Notes: generated by a model from the letters alone, not told the origin. A DNA stretch of 64,000 bases from Candidatus Hydrogenedentota bacterium (GCA_045863295.1 BTWA01000015.1:32001-96000); one strand, 5' to 3'; positions 31,136 through 41,548 are shown, numbered from the stretch's first letter. Made by a program: numbers and translations.

Positions 31136-33070
31136 TTACCGCGGGCGCTTGATGCCGAGGATTTTCATGCGTGAGGCCAACGTAGAAGCATTCATCCCCA
31201 GGAGCGCCGCAGCTCCAGCGGGACCGGATACTTTCCAGTTCGCGGATTCAAGTGCTGCGACGATGTTTGCACGCTCAAGGCGTTGCAAATCTTCGGCTGT
31301 GAGAATGACACCGGATTGACTCTTTGCCTCATTCGAAATCCAGGAATGTGGAATGACATCGGGTAAGGCGCGATCGAGATCCAAGCTTTCTCCGGTTGCA
31401 GTGATGAGTGCGCGTTCAATCACGTTTTCCAGTTCACGGACATTCCCGGGCCATGGATAGGCCATGAGGCGGGCGCGCGCGGCGTTGTCGAATCTGGGTT
31501 GTTTGCGTCCGATACGTAATGCGGCGCGTCTCGCAAATGCCTCTGCCAAAAGGAGAATGTCCTCTCCCCTTTCACGCAATGGCGGTATATGGATGGGAAA
31601 TACATGGAGCCGGTAATACAAGTCTTCGCGAAATATGCCCTGCTTCGAAGCCAATTTAAGGTCGCGATTGGTGGCGGCGATAACCCGCACGTCTACGCGC
31701 CGTGTTTTTGAAGAGCCTACCGATTCGAACTCGCCTTCCTGCAGAACGCGCAGGAGTTTTGCCTGTAGATCAAGGGGCAACTCGCCCACTTCGTCCAGAA
31801 ATATGGTACCTCCATGTGCGAGGGCAAATCGTCCTTCACGCTTTTCCGTAGCTCCAGTGAAGGCGCCTTTTTCGTGCCCAAAGAATTCGCTTTCCATGAG
31901 GGTGGCGGGGATCGCGGCGCAGTTTACTTTGATCAGCGGCATATCGCTTCTGCGGCTGGCTTCATGTATCGCACGGGCAAAGCGTTCTTTTCCGGTTCCA
32001 GTCTCGCCGTGTATGAGCACGGTCGCATTGGTGGCAGCGACTTGCCTCACCTCGTCGAGCACACGACCTAATGCCTTGCTCGTGCCGATAATCCCGGCGT
32101 CCTCCTGTAGGGTGGCAATCTCCCTTCGCAGGTATTCAGTTTCTCTGGTGAGCATTTGAATGCGGTTTTCCGCTTCCAGCCGGTCATTCACGTTGCGAAG
32201 CACCAGCGCATAGAATGTTTGCCGATGCATGGCGTAAGACGATAGTGTTGCTTCAACCGTCAAAGCCCCGCCGTCCTGCCGGACCGCATTCAGCGTGGAA
32301 GGCAACCACAGATAGCGTTGCCCTTCCGGCACACTGGCTAACTGGCCGACGTAACGTAGAAGTGCTTGGCGCGAATCTGTGTCGAGGAATTGGCAAAAAT
32401 CCTGGCCGGCGACATCTTGGGCACAAGCGCCGAACATGGCTTGCGCGGCCTTATTCCACTGGGTGATATGCATGGCGTTGTCGAGTTCGACAATGGCATC
32501 CATGGCCGAGTCAAGCACGCGGCTGATCTTCACTTCCCGGTCGCGGATTTCCATTTCCGCTTTGATTCGAATGAGTTCGGCAGACGCCCGGTTTGCAAAA
32601 ATGCGAAACAGCGCTTGGGTATGCTCATCGGCAGGCATGGGTTTTCTGTCCAAGACAGCGAGGTGTCCCATGACTCGACGTCGTGAATCGTAGAGTGGAA
32701 CCCCCATGTAGCTTACAGCGCTGGACTTAATTAGGTCGGGGTCGCCGGGATAGATTTGTATGATGTTGTCGGGGTAATGGATCAAATCGGCGGTATCAAT
32801 GACGGCGCCACAGGGGGTGTCGTCGATCGGCCTTTCCCAATCCCGAAGCCATTGACCATCCATGTAGAAAGCGAGGGCTCGCAACTTTCGCGTTTCAGGA
32901 TAGTACTCCGTCACCCAAGCCCCCAAGGTGCCCAGGATACGGGCGAGGTTTTCAACGAGAGCTTCAAAAAACCGTTCACCGGTGGCATTTACGGTTCCTT
33001 CGACGAGGGCGCGGAGCGCGGCCTGTTCGTCGAATGGCCGTACTGCGGAGGTTGCTGGGGGGACTGACAT
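31136..33070 (-). CDS. Sigma-54-dependent activator (GAF-PAS-AAA+-HTH, FhlA-like)
   Basis: GETGTGKE, GAFTGA, FLDEVGE, WPGNVREL, C-terminal HTH. Confidence 0.95.
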   Translation of the reverse strand: MSVPPATSAVRPFDEQAALRALVEGTVNATGERFFEALVENLARILGTLGAWVTEYYPETRKLRALAFYMDGQWLRDWERPIDDTPCGAVIDTADLIHYPDNIIQIYPGDPDLIKSSAVSYMGVPLYDSRRRVMGHLAVLDRKPMPADEHTQALFRIFANRASAELIRIKAEMEIRDREVKISRVLDSAMDAIVELDNAMHITQWNKAAQAMFGACAQDVAGQDFCQFLDTDSRQALLRYVGQLASVPEGQRYLWLPSTLNAVRQDGGALTVEATLSSYAMHRQTFYALVLRNVNDRLEAENRIQMLTRETEYLRREIATLQEDAGIIGTSKALGRVLDEVRQVAATNATVLIHGETGTGKERFARAIHEASRRSDMPLIKVNCAAIPATLMESEFFGHEKGAFTGATEKREGRFALAHGGTIFLDEVGELPLDLQAKLLRVLQEGEFESVGSSKTRRVDVRVIAATNRDLKLASKQGIFREDLYYRLHVFPIHIPPLRERGEDILLLAEAFARRAALRIGRKQPRFDNAARARLMAYPWPGNVRELENVIERALITATGESLDLDRALPDVIPHSWISNEAKSQSGVILTAEDLQRLERANIVAALESANWKVSGPAGAAALLGMNASTLASRMKILGIKRPR

Positions 33071-33224
33071 GGCTAAAACTCCGTGCAGGGGATATAGCAT
33101 GACAGGCGCTAGGATTTCGAATCGCCGTTGGCCGTCAGCGAGTGGTTTCTGCTTTTTTCAGGTTTGAGCCGACGGGGATGGTTGACGGTTGCTTGAGAAT
33201 CGTTGTGCACGCTCAACTTGCGGT

Positions 33225-33252
33225 TTGACAGGCAATTACGTTAGACTACGCT
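33225..33252 (+). promoter_or_regulatory. Possible sigma-70 promoter of the yicC operon
   Basis: TTGACA-N16-TACGCT. Confidence 0.4.
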
Positions 33253-33299
33253 GCTTTGGCTTGGGCTGATTTTATTGCAAAAACTGGATTGGCGGGCGC

Positions 33300-34178
33300 A
33301 TGACGCATAGCATGACCGGGTTTGGGAAGGCGACTTCGACCTTGGATGGACAAAGCATCACGGTGGAAGTGAGTGCCGTCAACCATCGCTATTTGGATTG
33401 TTCACTTCGGATGCCTTCCTCCTGGATGGCGCTGGACCCTGTTTTGAAAGAGACTGTGCGGCAACGGGTTAGCCGTGGCAAGTACACAATTAACATATCC
33501 CGCCGACGGGTTTCCGGCAGTGACTCCACGGTGGGATTCGATGCTGTTTTGGCAAAGCAGTATTTGGAGGCTTCGCGACAAATCGGCCAACTATTGGGCA
33601 CATTCGAGAATCTTTCGCTGGATACATTGGTAAATCTGGAAGGCGTGCTCTACCAAGCAGAGTCGGAAGAGGATTTGTCGGCATTGGAATCGGCCTTGGT
33701 GGGAACACTGAACGCGGCACTGGATGCGTTGATAATAATGCGGACCCGCGAGGGTCTGAAACTGGAGAACGATATTCGGGAACGGGTGTCTGGAATCCGG
33801 GCGTCTCTGGAGCGCATCGAGGCTCGCCTTCCGGAACTGTCGCAGTTTTATGAAGAGCGTCTGCGGGCACGCATTGGCGAATTGGCCATGGATGTGTCGT
33901 TGAAGGAAGAACGTATCGCGCTGGAAGTGGCGCTGATGGCAGAAAAGAGCGATGTGAACGAGGAAGTGGTCCGGTTGAAAACGCACCTCGAACACCTTGA
34001 GTCCATATTGGCGGAATCCGAGCCGGTAGGACGGCGGCTGGATTTTTTGACGCAGGAAATTCAACGGGAAATCAATACGCTGGGCGTGAAGACGCGAGAC
34101 GCGGGCGTGGCCAAAGACATCCTGGATATGAAGGCGGAACTCGAACGAATCCGCGAACAAATCCAGAACATTGAATAG
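33300..34178 (+). CDS. yicC: YicC/YloC family endoribonuclease
   Basis: SMTGFG, VNHRYLD, EEVVRLKTH, GRRLDFLTQEIQREINT, REQIQNIE. Confidence 0.95.
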   Translation: MTHSMTGFGKATSTLDGQSITVEVSAVNHRYLDCSLRMPSSWMALDPVLKETVRQRVSRGKYTINISRRRVSGSDSTVGFDAVLAKQYLEASRQIGQLLGTFENLSLDTLVNLEGVLYQAESEEDLSALESALVGTLNAALDALIIMRTREGLKLENDIRERVSGIRASLERIEARLPELSQFYEERLRARIGELAMDVSLKEERIALEVALMAEKSDVNEEVVRLKTHLEHLESILAESEPVGRRLDFLTQEIQREINTLGVKTRDAGVAKDILDMKAELERIREQIQNIE

Positions 34179-34809
34179 GGCCGGGGTTTTGGCGCGCGCA
34201 GGCATTTTGTTCGTAGTGGCTGCCCCTTCCGGCGGTGGCAAGCGCACAGTGTTGGATCGGGTGATGGCGGACGACGGCAATTTGGCGTTTAGCGTATCCG
34301 CTACGACCCGCGATCCGCGCCCGGACGAGCAGCATGGCCGCGAGTATTGGTTCATGCAGCGGGCCGCATTCGAGGCGGAGATCCGCGCGGGCGGATTCGC
34401 CGAATGGGCTGAGGTGCATGGGAATCTGTACGGAACGCCCCGGCGCGAACTGGATCGGATATTTGCCAGCGGAATGGACGCCGTGCTTGAGGTGGATGTG
34501 CAGGGCATGCGCAACTTGAAGCAGTCGAACGTGCCGATTGTCTCGGTATTCATTACGGCACCGTCGTTCGATGAGTTGGAGCGGCGGCTTCGCCACCGCG
34601 GAACGGAAACCGAAGAGCAGATCTCGGTACGCCTTGCAAATGCGCGCACGGAGTACGAGGCACGCGGCGAGTTTGACTATATCATCGTGAATGACGCGCT
34701 GGATGGCGCGGTGGACGATATGCGGGCGATTGTACGCGCGGAGCGGCTTCGTTCGCACCGGCATGGTGGCTGGCAAACAGGTAGTGGCGTTCAGGCGCTG
34801 AAAGGATAG
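34171..34809 (+). CDS. gmk: Guanylate kinase
   Basis: APSGGGK, SVSATTR, HGNLYGT, RLRHRGTE. Confidence 0.96.
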   Translation: MNRAGVLARAGILFVVAAPSGGGKRTVLDRVMADDGNLAFSVSATTRDPRPDEQHGREYWFMQRAAFEAEIRAGGFAEWAEVHGNLYGTPRRELDRIFASGMDAVLEVDVQGMRNLKQSNVPIVSVFITAPSFDELERRLRHRGTETEEQISVRLANARTEYEARGEFDYIIVNDALDGAVDDMRAIVRAERLRSHRHGGWQTGSGVQALKG

Positions 34810-34814
34810 ACACA

Positions 34815-35060
34815 ATGGCAACCGTATATGATGAGCGGGATCGACAGATAAGCATAGAGGATTTCAACGACAAGATTGACAGCCTGTACCGGCTTGTCAT
34901 CCTGGCATCGCGGCGTGCGGCGCAGATTTCGAAGCCGGATACGCGTCCGTTGGTGCCCACGAAATCGCGCAAACCAACTATGATCGCGCTGCAGGAAGTT
35001 TTGGAAGGCAAGGTGAAGGTCCGGCGCGGGGACATTGAAGAAGAAGCGTTTCTGGAGTAG
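34815..35060 (+). CDS. rpoZ: RNA polymerase omega subunit
   Basis: SLYRLVILASRRAAQI, KPTMIALQE; gmk-rpoZ-coaBC synteny. Confidence 0.93.
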   Translation: MATVYDERDRQISIEDFNDKIDSLYRLVILASRRAAQISKPDTRPLVPTKSRKPTMIALQEVLEGKVKVRRGDIEEEAFLE

Positions 35061-35123
35061 CCGCCGCGGGCGATTGGTCCCGTCGCTTACCAGGAAAGGG
35101 CGGCAGGCGGGGTTGCCTGCCAC

Positions 35124-36347
35124 ATGCGTTCGATGGATCGTTTCTTTTCCAAGAAAGAGATTGTGCTGGGCGTCACGGGGTCGATCGCAGCCTACAAGGC
35201 TTGTGATTTGGCGTCTCGATTGACGCAGGCGGGCGCGCGCGTGCAGGCCGTGTTGACCCAATCGGCCCTTCATCTGGTTGGCGCGGCGACTTTCGAGGGG
35301 GTAACGGGAAGGCGGGCGATCACGCAGATGTTCGAACCGCTGCAAAACCCGGATGTCGAGCATATCGCGGTGGCACAGCGCGCTGATTTATTCATCGTCG
35401 CCCCTGCCTCGGCAAATACGATTGCCAAGGCCGCGCATGGCCTTGCCGACGATTGGCTGTCCACCACGCTTCTCGCGACCCGGGCGCCCATTCTCTTCGC
35501 GCCCGCGATGAACACCAACATGTACACTCATCCCGCAACGATTGAAAACATGGCGCGTCTCAGTGCGCGTGGCTGTTTGTTTGTGGGTCCGGATGCGGGG
35601 CGCCTTGCGTGCGGTACCGTGGGCCAAGGGCGTATGACGGATCCGCAGACCATCATGGAAGCCGCGATTTCCTTGATTTCCGGCAAACACGAATTGGAAG
35701 GCAGGCATATTGTCATTACGAGTGGGGGCACTCATGAGCCCATCGATCCCGTGCGGTATATTGGCAATCGATCGTCGGGCAAAATGGGCCGGGCGCTGGC
35801 TCTGGAAGCGATTTCGCGTGGCGCGCAGGTAACTGTAATAACGGGTGCTCACGAGGCCGGTTTACCGCACAATGTTGAAGTGGTGGAAGTCCAGACGGCC
35901 AAGGATATGGCGGAGGCGGTGATTCATCTTGCCCAGGAGGCAGATGCGTTTATTGGGGCGGCCGCGGTGGGTGACTTTCGCGTGGACAAGCCCATGGACA
36001 TGAAGCACAAGCGCGCAGGCGAAGGCATTACATTAAACCTGGTCGAGAATCCCGACATCCTTTCGCTTGTGAGCGCGGTAAAGCAGAAGCAGTTGCTGAC
36101 GGTTGGTTTTGCCGCGGAAACGGAAAAGTTGATTGAGAACGCGAAGATTAAATTGAAGAAGAAGCAATTGGATTTCATCGTCGCGAATGAAGTAGGGACG
36201 CCGCAGAGCGGTTTCGGTGCAGACACTGTCAAAGCGGCAATTATCGACAAGAAAGAAAACGTGGATGAATTGCCCCTAATGGGGAAAGATGCGCTGGCAG
36301 AGATAATTTTCGACCGATTGTGCGCTCTTCTGGGGGCAGGAAAGTAG
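35124..36347 (+). CDS. coaBC: Bifunctional phosphopantothenoylcysteine decarboxylase/ligase
   Basis: GVTGSIAAYK, PAMNTNM, LACG, EPIDPVRYIGNRSSGKMG, VGFAAET. Confidence 0.97.
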   Translation: MRSMDRFFSKKEIVLGVTGSIAAYKACDLASRLTQAGARVQAVLTQSALHLVGAATFEGVTGRRAITQMFEPLQNPDVEHIAVAQRADLFIVAPASANTIAKAAHGLADDWLSTTLLATRAPILFAPAMNTNMYTHPATIENMARLSARGCLFVGPDAGRLACGTVGQGRMTDPQTIMEAAISLISGKHELEGRHIVITSGGTHEPIDPVRYIGNRSSGKMGRALALEAISRGAQVTVITGAHEAGLPHNVEVVEVQTAKDMAEAVIHLAQEADAFIGAAAVGDFRVDKPMDMKHKRAGEGITLNLVENPDILSLVSAVKQKQLLTVGFAAETEKLIENAKIKLKKKQLDFIVANEVGTPQSGFGADTVKAAIIDKKENVDELPLMGKDALAEIIFDRLCALLGAGK

Positions 36348-36372
36348 GCCGATTCCGACCGCGAACGCCAAT

Positions 36373-36882
36373 TCAGGCGACAATTATTAGCGCGGGAATG
36401 GTGTTGTGAAACGCGTGGATGAGCATGGGCACCCACAAGGCTTTCCAGAGTGCTACGCGACGCCAGTCCAAGTACGCATAGGCGCAAATCAAGAACAATG
36501 GCGCCACAAATATTCCCCAGGGTGGCCAAAGAATCGAATGCATCGCGCACCAGACTGCGGACGGCAAGACCATCAACCATGCCCTATTGGACGTAATGTA
36601 TCCTAGCAATCCAATCATGGCCGCCAGACCGAGTGTTTCGAACACCGGCGAGATAATTACAATGCCGACGAGCATTACGACTTTATCCGCAGGGTTCTCA
36701 ATGGGAACTTCCTCAAAGGGTCCTTCGTCGTCTCCGGTGAATCCCAAAAGGCTGGATGAAACAGCAAGCGTAATGCTGATAGCAAACGACAGGGCCGCCC
36801 ATTTGAGCGCGTAGGTAATCATGGAGCGCTGCTTTGGGGTTTGCAGGGAAGGTTGTTGGACTTCGGTGACTTCGGCTGTCAT
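36373..36882 (-). CDS. CPBP (CAAX protease-like) intramembrane protein
   Basis: SPVFET, AMH, IHAFHN motifs; multiple TM helices. Confidence 0.7.
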   Translation of the reverse strand: MTAEVTEVQQPSLQTPKQRSMITYALKWAALSFAISITLAVSSSLLGFTGDDEGPFEEVPIENPADKVVMLVGIVIISPVFETLGLAAMIGLLGYITSNRAWLMVLPSAVWCAMHSILWPPWGIFVAPLFLICAYAYLDWRRVALWKALWVPMLIHAFHNTIPALIIVA

Positions 36883-37098
36883 GGCGTCGTGGTCTCGCTG
36901 GTCAAGTTGAGAATCGCGGCGGCCAAGCAGTGTTTAGGGACCATGCAACGCAAACTCCGACCGGCATCACCGATTTCGTGACGTGCACCGCAAAACTCCT
37001 CGCCGCTGCTCTTATGCCTTGGCCTGTCAATCGCCATTTGTCTGTTTATCGCGGCCGAGCGGCACTATGTACCCGGCGTGCACGCAATCGGAGGCAAA

Positions 37099-37764
37099 TC
37101 AGTAATCGTCCTCAACGGCTTCGAGTATGGACACGGCGGCACTGGTGCCAATGCGGGTTGCCCCGGCAGTAATCATGGCAATCGCGTCGGCGTAGGTGCG
37201 GATTCCTCCTGCGGCTTTGATACCCATATTGGGACCGACGACCTGCCGCATGAGCGCCACATCTTCGGGGGTGGAGCCGGCACGCCCGAACCCGGTGGCG
37301 GTCTTTACGAACGCGGCACCGGCATTTCGCGCGATCTCACAGGTAAGGATCTTCTCTTCCGTAGTCAGGTAGCTTGTTTCAAGGATGACTTTCACCGGGA
37401 CGGGCGCGACGTGGCGTACTACGGCTTCGATTTCCTTTTCGACGAATTGGGGAAACCCGGATTTCAATGCGCCAATATTAATGACCATGTCGATTTCGGT
37501 AGCACCGTTTTTGACGCACTCCTTGGCTTCCTCTACCTTGATACGGGCGGTGTTCGCGCCGAGCGGAAATCCAACGGTGGGATTCACGCCGATGCCACTT
37601 CCAGCGAGGCGTTTCGCGCAAAACGTGGTCCACACGGGATTGACGGAGACCGTGCAAAACCGGTAGCGCATGGCATCGTCGCAGAGTTCTTCGATGTCGC
37701 GTTGGGTGGCATATGCGCGCACCTGTGTGAAATCTATCATCCGCGCGAATTGCGATCTAGTCAA
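37099..37764 (-). CDS. deoC: Deoxyribose-phosphate aldolase
   Basis: VGFPLG, EIDMVINIG, VKVILET, FVKTATGF, IKAAGGIR, RIGTS; GGGAGG before TTG 37764. Confidence 0.96.
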   Translation of the reverse strand: MTRSQFARMIDFTQVRAYATQRDIEELCDDAMRYRFCTVSVNPVWTTFCAKRLAGSGIGVNPTVGFPLGANTARIKVEEAKECVKNGATEIDMVINIGALKSGFPQFVEKEIEAVVRHVAPVPVKVILETSYLTTEEKILTCEIARNAGAAFVKTATGFGRAGSTPEDVALMRQVVGPNMGIKAAGGIRTYADAIAMITAGATRIGTSAAVSILEAVEDDY

Positions 37765-37928
37765 CGCGGATACCCTCCCATGAATTGCCGTAGGTTTTCC
37801 ATACTCGCCTGTATTGTGCTTAAAACCGGTATAGTTTTCCAAGTTTTTGCAGCCTGGATGTTTGTGGGGACGCATGTTGGGTGGTAGAGTGAATTTGGTG
37901 CTCGATTTTGAAGGACGGAGTTGAATTC

Positions 37929-39026
37929 GTGGATGGCGTACAGAAAAAGCAGTGCTGCTGGCGGCTTTGTTCGGGCTCCTTGCCGCTGTTGCTGGGGTTG
38001 GGCCTTCTGAGTAGCGGAACGTGCGCTAATCCTACGCTGGCGTTTGCCAATGAAACGCGGACAGGCGACTCCATCCCGCGGGAGTATTTCTCGTCGGCAT
38101 ACAGCCATCCTGCCATGGGGACTCTTTTCCGAATCGTAATTACCGGGGAAAGAGGCAAGTCCACCGCAGAGAATCTTGCTCGGATTGCGCAGGAGGCTTT
38201 CGACGAAATTGATCGGATTGAGAACATCATCAGTGAATGGCGGCCGGACAGTCAGACAACGTATTTGAACGAGCATGCGGGCGGCAAGCCAGTGCCCGTG
38301 CACAATGACCTTTTTCGGCTTCTCTCGGTGTCCAAGCATTTCCATGAAGTGAGCGGCGGCACGTTTGACGTGACAGTGGGGCCGCTGGTGACGCTGTGGC
38401 AGCAGTGCCGGAAGGAGCAGCGGATACCGACCAAGGACGAACTTTCGGAGGTTCTTGGGGTCGTAGGATCGGACAAGCTGATACTGGAAGATTTGGACCG
38501 TAAGGCCGGTTTGGCCAAAGTTGGAATGTCCATCACCACGGGCGGGATCGGCAAGGGTTTCGCGTTGGACAAAGCGGCGGAAGTATTGCGATTTCATGGA
38601 GTTACCTCCGCGATACTGGATGGTGGCGAGAGCAGTGTGGTCGCAATTGGAACGCCGCCGGGCGAATTGGGATGGACAGTGCAGGTGCGGCACCCTTATA
38701 ATAAACAAGGGAGCATAGAGACGGTCGTCTTGAAGGACGAATCGTACTCCGCTTCCGCCGGCATGGGCGATAGTTACGTGGTTGACGGCAAGGGTTACGG
38801 CCATATCTTCGATCCTCGAACGGGAATGCCGCCGGAAGGGATGGTTATGGTCGTAGCGATCGCGCCGACAGGCGCGGAGAGCGAAGCCCTGACCAAGATG
38901 TTCTATATACAAGGGAGAGAGGCCGCCGAGCGCTACTGCCAGGAGAACCCTGACGTCCGGGCGGTGCTTGTGCCTGAACCGGCCTCCGGCGAACTTGAAC
39001 CAGTGCGTATTAATTTTGGCACGTGA
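37929..39026 (+). CDS. apbE: FAD:protein FMN transferase
   Basis: AMGT, FDVTVGPL, GGIGKGFALD, HIFDPRTG; start uncertain. Confidence 0.9.
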   Translation: MDGVQKKQCCWRLCSGSLPLLLGLGLLSSGTCANPTLAFANETRTGDSIPREYFSSAYSHPAMGTLFRIVITGERGKSTAENLARIAQEAFDEIDRIENIISEWRPDSQTTYLNEHAGGKPVPVHNDLFRLLSVSKHFHEVSGGTFDVTVGPLVTLWQQCRKEQRIPTKDELSEVLGVVGSDKLILEDLDRKAGLAKVGMSITTGGIGKGFALDKAAEVLRFHGVTSAILDGGESSVVAIGTPPGELGWTVQVRHPYNKQGSIETVVLKDESYSASAGMGDSYVVDGKGYGHIFDPRTGMPPEGMVMVVAIAPTGAESEALTKMFYIQGREAAERYCQENPDVRAVLVPEPASGELEPVRINFGT

Positions 39027-39040
39027 AAGGGACGGGAATC

Positions 39041-40516
39041 ATGATCAGTGATGTGACACGGCGCAATTTCATGAAAGCGGCGGGCACGACGGCGGGTCTG
39101 GCTGTTGCGGCGGGTTGGAATCCGCTTTCGTATGCACAGAACGACAAGGTTCGCGTTGCCCTTATAGGCACGGGTAGCCAAGGCCGGGTGCATATTGAAG
39201 ACGGTCTCTGCAAAACACCGGGCATCGAGATTGCTGCCATTGTCGACTGCATGAAATTGAATCTCGCATGGGGTTTGACAACCGTTCAAAAGACGGAAGG
39301 GATTCAATACGCGCCAGATATTGAAAAGCACTTGTATTACGATTACAAGGCGATGCTTTCCACGGAGAAAGACGCTATCGACGCGGTCATCATTTGCACG
39401 CCGTATACAACCCATTATCAAATTGTGATGGATTGCCTGGATGCGGGCAAGTATGTGTTCTGCGAGAAGACCATGGCGCATACGATCGATGCCTGCCGGA
39501 ATATTGTGACCAAGTGCCATGAGACGGGCAAGTTCGTGCAATGCGGACACCAGCGCCGGTACAACTACGAGTACAATTATGCGCTGGACCAGATAATGAA
39601 AGGCCGACTGGGCCGGGTCACGTTCATCGAAGGGCAATGGCACCGCAATGGTGACTGGCGCCGTCCACTGCCGGAGAATTATACGCTCAACGATCAGGAA
39701 AAGAAGTTTATCCCAGATCTCGAGAAGCACGTCAACTGGCGCATATACAAGGATCGTTCCGCCGGTTTGATGAGCGAGTTGGCAACGCATCACCTGGAAG
39801 AAATCAACTACTTCATGGGCTCGATGCCGGAGCGGGTGCTTGCGACGGGTAGCATCGACTACTGGCGCGATGGGCGCGACACGTACGACAACGTGGCGTT
39901 GACCTATGAATACAATATGGGCGCGCGCAACATCCCGCGTTTCCAGACCATCAGCGGCAGCGGCCGAAATCTGAATATGGACATGATGAAGGTGAACCGG
40001 CCGTATAAAGTGAAGGCCACGTGGTCGGGCACGCTGATGAGCGCATACAAGGGCGAGGGAATTCTGTTTGTTGGCGACAAGGGTGTGTTCGAAATGCATG
40101 AACGCCGCGGCCCCGGCACGCGAGGTTGCATCTTTCACTCCGAACCCGAAAAGATTTGGTTCGATCCGGCTACTGGTCAACAAACCACAGACGAAGCCAT
40201 CATCCGTCAGATTGTGGCGAACGGCTGGTCGCAGAAATACTCGAAGACCGTGGAACATCCGCCGGCGCCGTTCGACAATGAGATCGATCAGGAGCTATTG
40301 ATGCGGTCGTATGACGCGGCGCAGTTCCAAGCATTTGCCAAGCACATCAAGGAGGGCGGTAAGCCTCGGACAAATGAAATGTGCGGCCTGTGCGCGGCAG
40401 TCTGCGACATCGCCGGTATTGAGGCAATGGAAAAAGGCGGTGTGGTGGAGATCGATCCGGCGTGGTACACGTTTGATTTCGAGACTCCGGACCCGTTTGT
40501 TTTCGAACTGGCTTAA
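39041..40516 (+). CDS. Gfo/Idh/MocA family oxidoreductase, Tat-exported
   Basis: TRRNFMK, IGTGSQG, FCEK, GLMSELATH. Confidence 0.9.
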   Translation: MISDVTRRNFMKAAGTTAGLAVAAGWNPLSYAQNDKVRVALIGTGSQGRVHIEDGLCKTPGIEIAAIVDCMKLNLAWGLTTVQKTEGIQYAPDIEKHLYYDYKAMLSTEKDAIDAVIICTPYTTHYQIVMDCLDAGKYVFCEKTMAHTIDACRNIVTKCHETGKFVQCGHQRRYNYEYNYALDQIMKGRLGRVTFIEGQWHRNGDWRRPLPENYTLNDQEKKFIPDLEKHVNWRIYKDRSAGLMSELATHHLEEINYFMGSMPERVLATGSIDYWRDGRDTYDNVALTYEYNMGARNIPRFQTISGSGRNLNMDMMKVNRPYKVKATWSGTLMSAYKGEGILFVGDKGVFEMHERRGPGTRGCIFHSEPEKIWFDPATGQQTTDEAIIRQIVANGWSQKYSKTVEHPPAPFDNEIDQELLMRSYDAAQFQAFAKHIKEGGKPRTNEMCGLCAAVCDIAGIEAMEKGGVVEIDPAWYTFDFETPDPFVFELA

Positions 40517-40527
40517 TGCGATTACAG

Positions 40528-40561
40528 GGCGGGCGCGGGTTGGCCCCGTGCCCGCCTCTTT
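40528..40561 (+). terminator. Intrinsic terminator
   Basis: GGCGGGCGCGGG-TTGGC-CCCGTGCCCGCC-TCTTT. Confidence 0.65.
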
Positions 40562-40631
40562 GACAAGTCCCCTCCCCCATCGTTGTTCCGACAGGGATTG
40601 AAACACGCAAAACCAGTGGAGATGTTGTACC

Positions 40632-41321
40632 ATGAGATCGTTACGTATGCTAACGGGAATTATGATGGTGGGATGGGCGGTGTTATTGGCGGGTTTTAGG
40701 GACCCCAGTGAGGAAAACACAAAAGCGACCGTAAGCGACGCGGTAGCACCCGCGGCGACGGATAGTGCAACGGGTACCGATGCGGCACCCGCGCCAGCAC
40801 CCACCGCGGAAGCAAAAAAATTCGCCTTCACGGAGAATTCCAGCGTCGTATTCACGGGTTACAAAGAAGTGCTGGGCGTGTATGGATCTCACTCGGGCGG
40901 ATTCTCCGTGTTTGAAGGCACGTGCGATACTCCGGACGGCACGATTGAGAATTTGACAGTAACGGTAAAGATCGATGCCACGTCGTTGTATTCCGATGAC
41001 GCCAATTTGACAGGGGTGCTTAAAGGGGAAGGCTTCTTCGAAATCGAAAAGCATCCGGGCGCCTCGTTTACCTCCACCAAGATTGAAAAAGGCGCAGATC
41101 CGGATCAATACAATGTAACCGGTAATCTTGAAATCGTGGGCATCGCGAAGAGCATTAATTTCCCAGCGACTATTAAGATTGATGGCAACACCCTGACGAC
41201 GCAAGCGGAGTTCACCGTGCCTCGGTCGACATGGAACCTCACGTGGAACGGCCCCATAGCTGACACCGTAATCAAAGAGGAAGTGCTGATTAAGTTTGAC
41301 GTGGAAGCCACGGCCAACTAG
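40632..41321 (+). CDS. yceI: YceI family exported protein
   Basis: SSVVFTG, HSGGF, IDATSL, FFEIEKHP, VTGNLEIVG. Confidence 0.85.
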   Translation: MRSLRMLTGIMMVGWAVLLAGFRDPSEENTKATVSDAVAPAATDSATGTDAAPAPAPTAEAKKFAFTENSSVVFTGYKEVLGVYGSHSGGFSVFEGTCDTPDGTIENLTVTVKIDATSLYSDDANLTGVLKGEGFFEIEKHPGASFTSTKIEKGADPDQYNVTGNLEIVGIAKSINFPATIKIDGNTLTTQAEFTVPRSTWNLTWNGPIADTVIKEEVLIKFDVEATAN

Positions 41322-41342
41322 GCTCGGACGGAATATCTCTCA

Positions 41343-41383
41343 ACGCCGCTTGCCCGGAAATTCGCGCAAGCGGCGTTTTTTTT
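41343..41383 (+). terminator. Intrinsic terminator
   Basis: AACGCCGCTTGC...GCAAGCGGCGTT followed by a T-run. Confidence 0.85.
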
Positions 41384-41416
41384 AGAGGCTCGCGGCATCC
41401 ACCTCTGCGAGACGAA

Positions 41417-41446
41417 TTGACTGGTGCCGCAGTGATTTGATATGTT
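41417..41446 (+). promoter_or_regulatory. Sigma-70 promoter of tRNA-Val
   Basis: TTGACT-N18-TATGTT with an extended -10 TG. Confidence 0.55.
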
Positions 41447-41457
41447 ACATCTCTTCG

Positions 41458-41534
41458 GGGCGGTTAGCTCAGCTGGTTAGAGTACTTGCTTGACATGCAA
41501 GGGGTCGGAGGTTCGAGTCCTCTACCGCCCACCA
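41458..41534 (+). tRNA. tRNA-Val(GAC)
   Basis: 77 nt; GGGCGGT/ACCGCCC acceptor stem, CTTGC-TTGACAT-GCAAG anticodon arm, GGTTCGAGTCC T-arm, encoded CCA. Confidence 0.98.
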
Positions 41535-41548
41535 AGCGTAAGTCATTC

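Noticed and set aside
36373..36882. Abortive-infection defence gene
   Set aside because: The Abi label on CPBP proteins does not imply phage defence, and the context is housekeeping.
33591..40258. Long antisense ORFs (33591-34649, 37761-38912, 38933-40258)
   Set aside because: They are shadows of well-supported genes in GC-rich DNA and carry no recognisable motifs.
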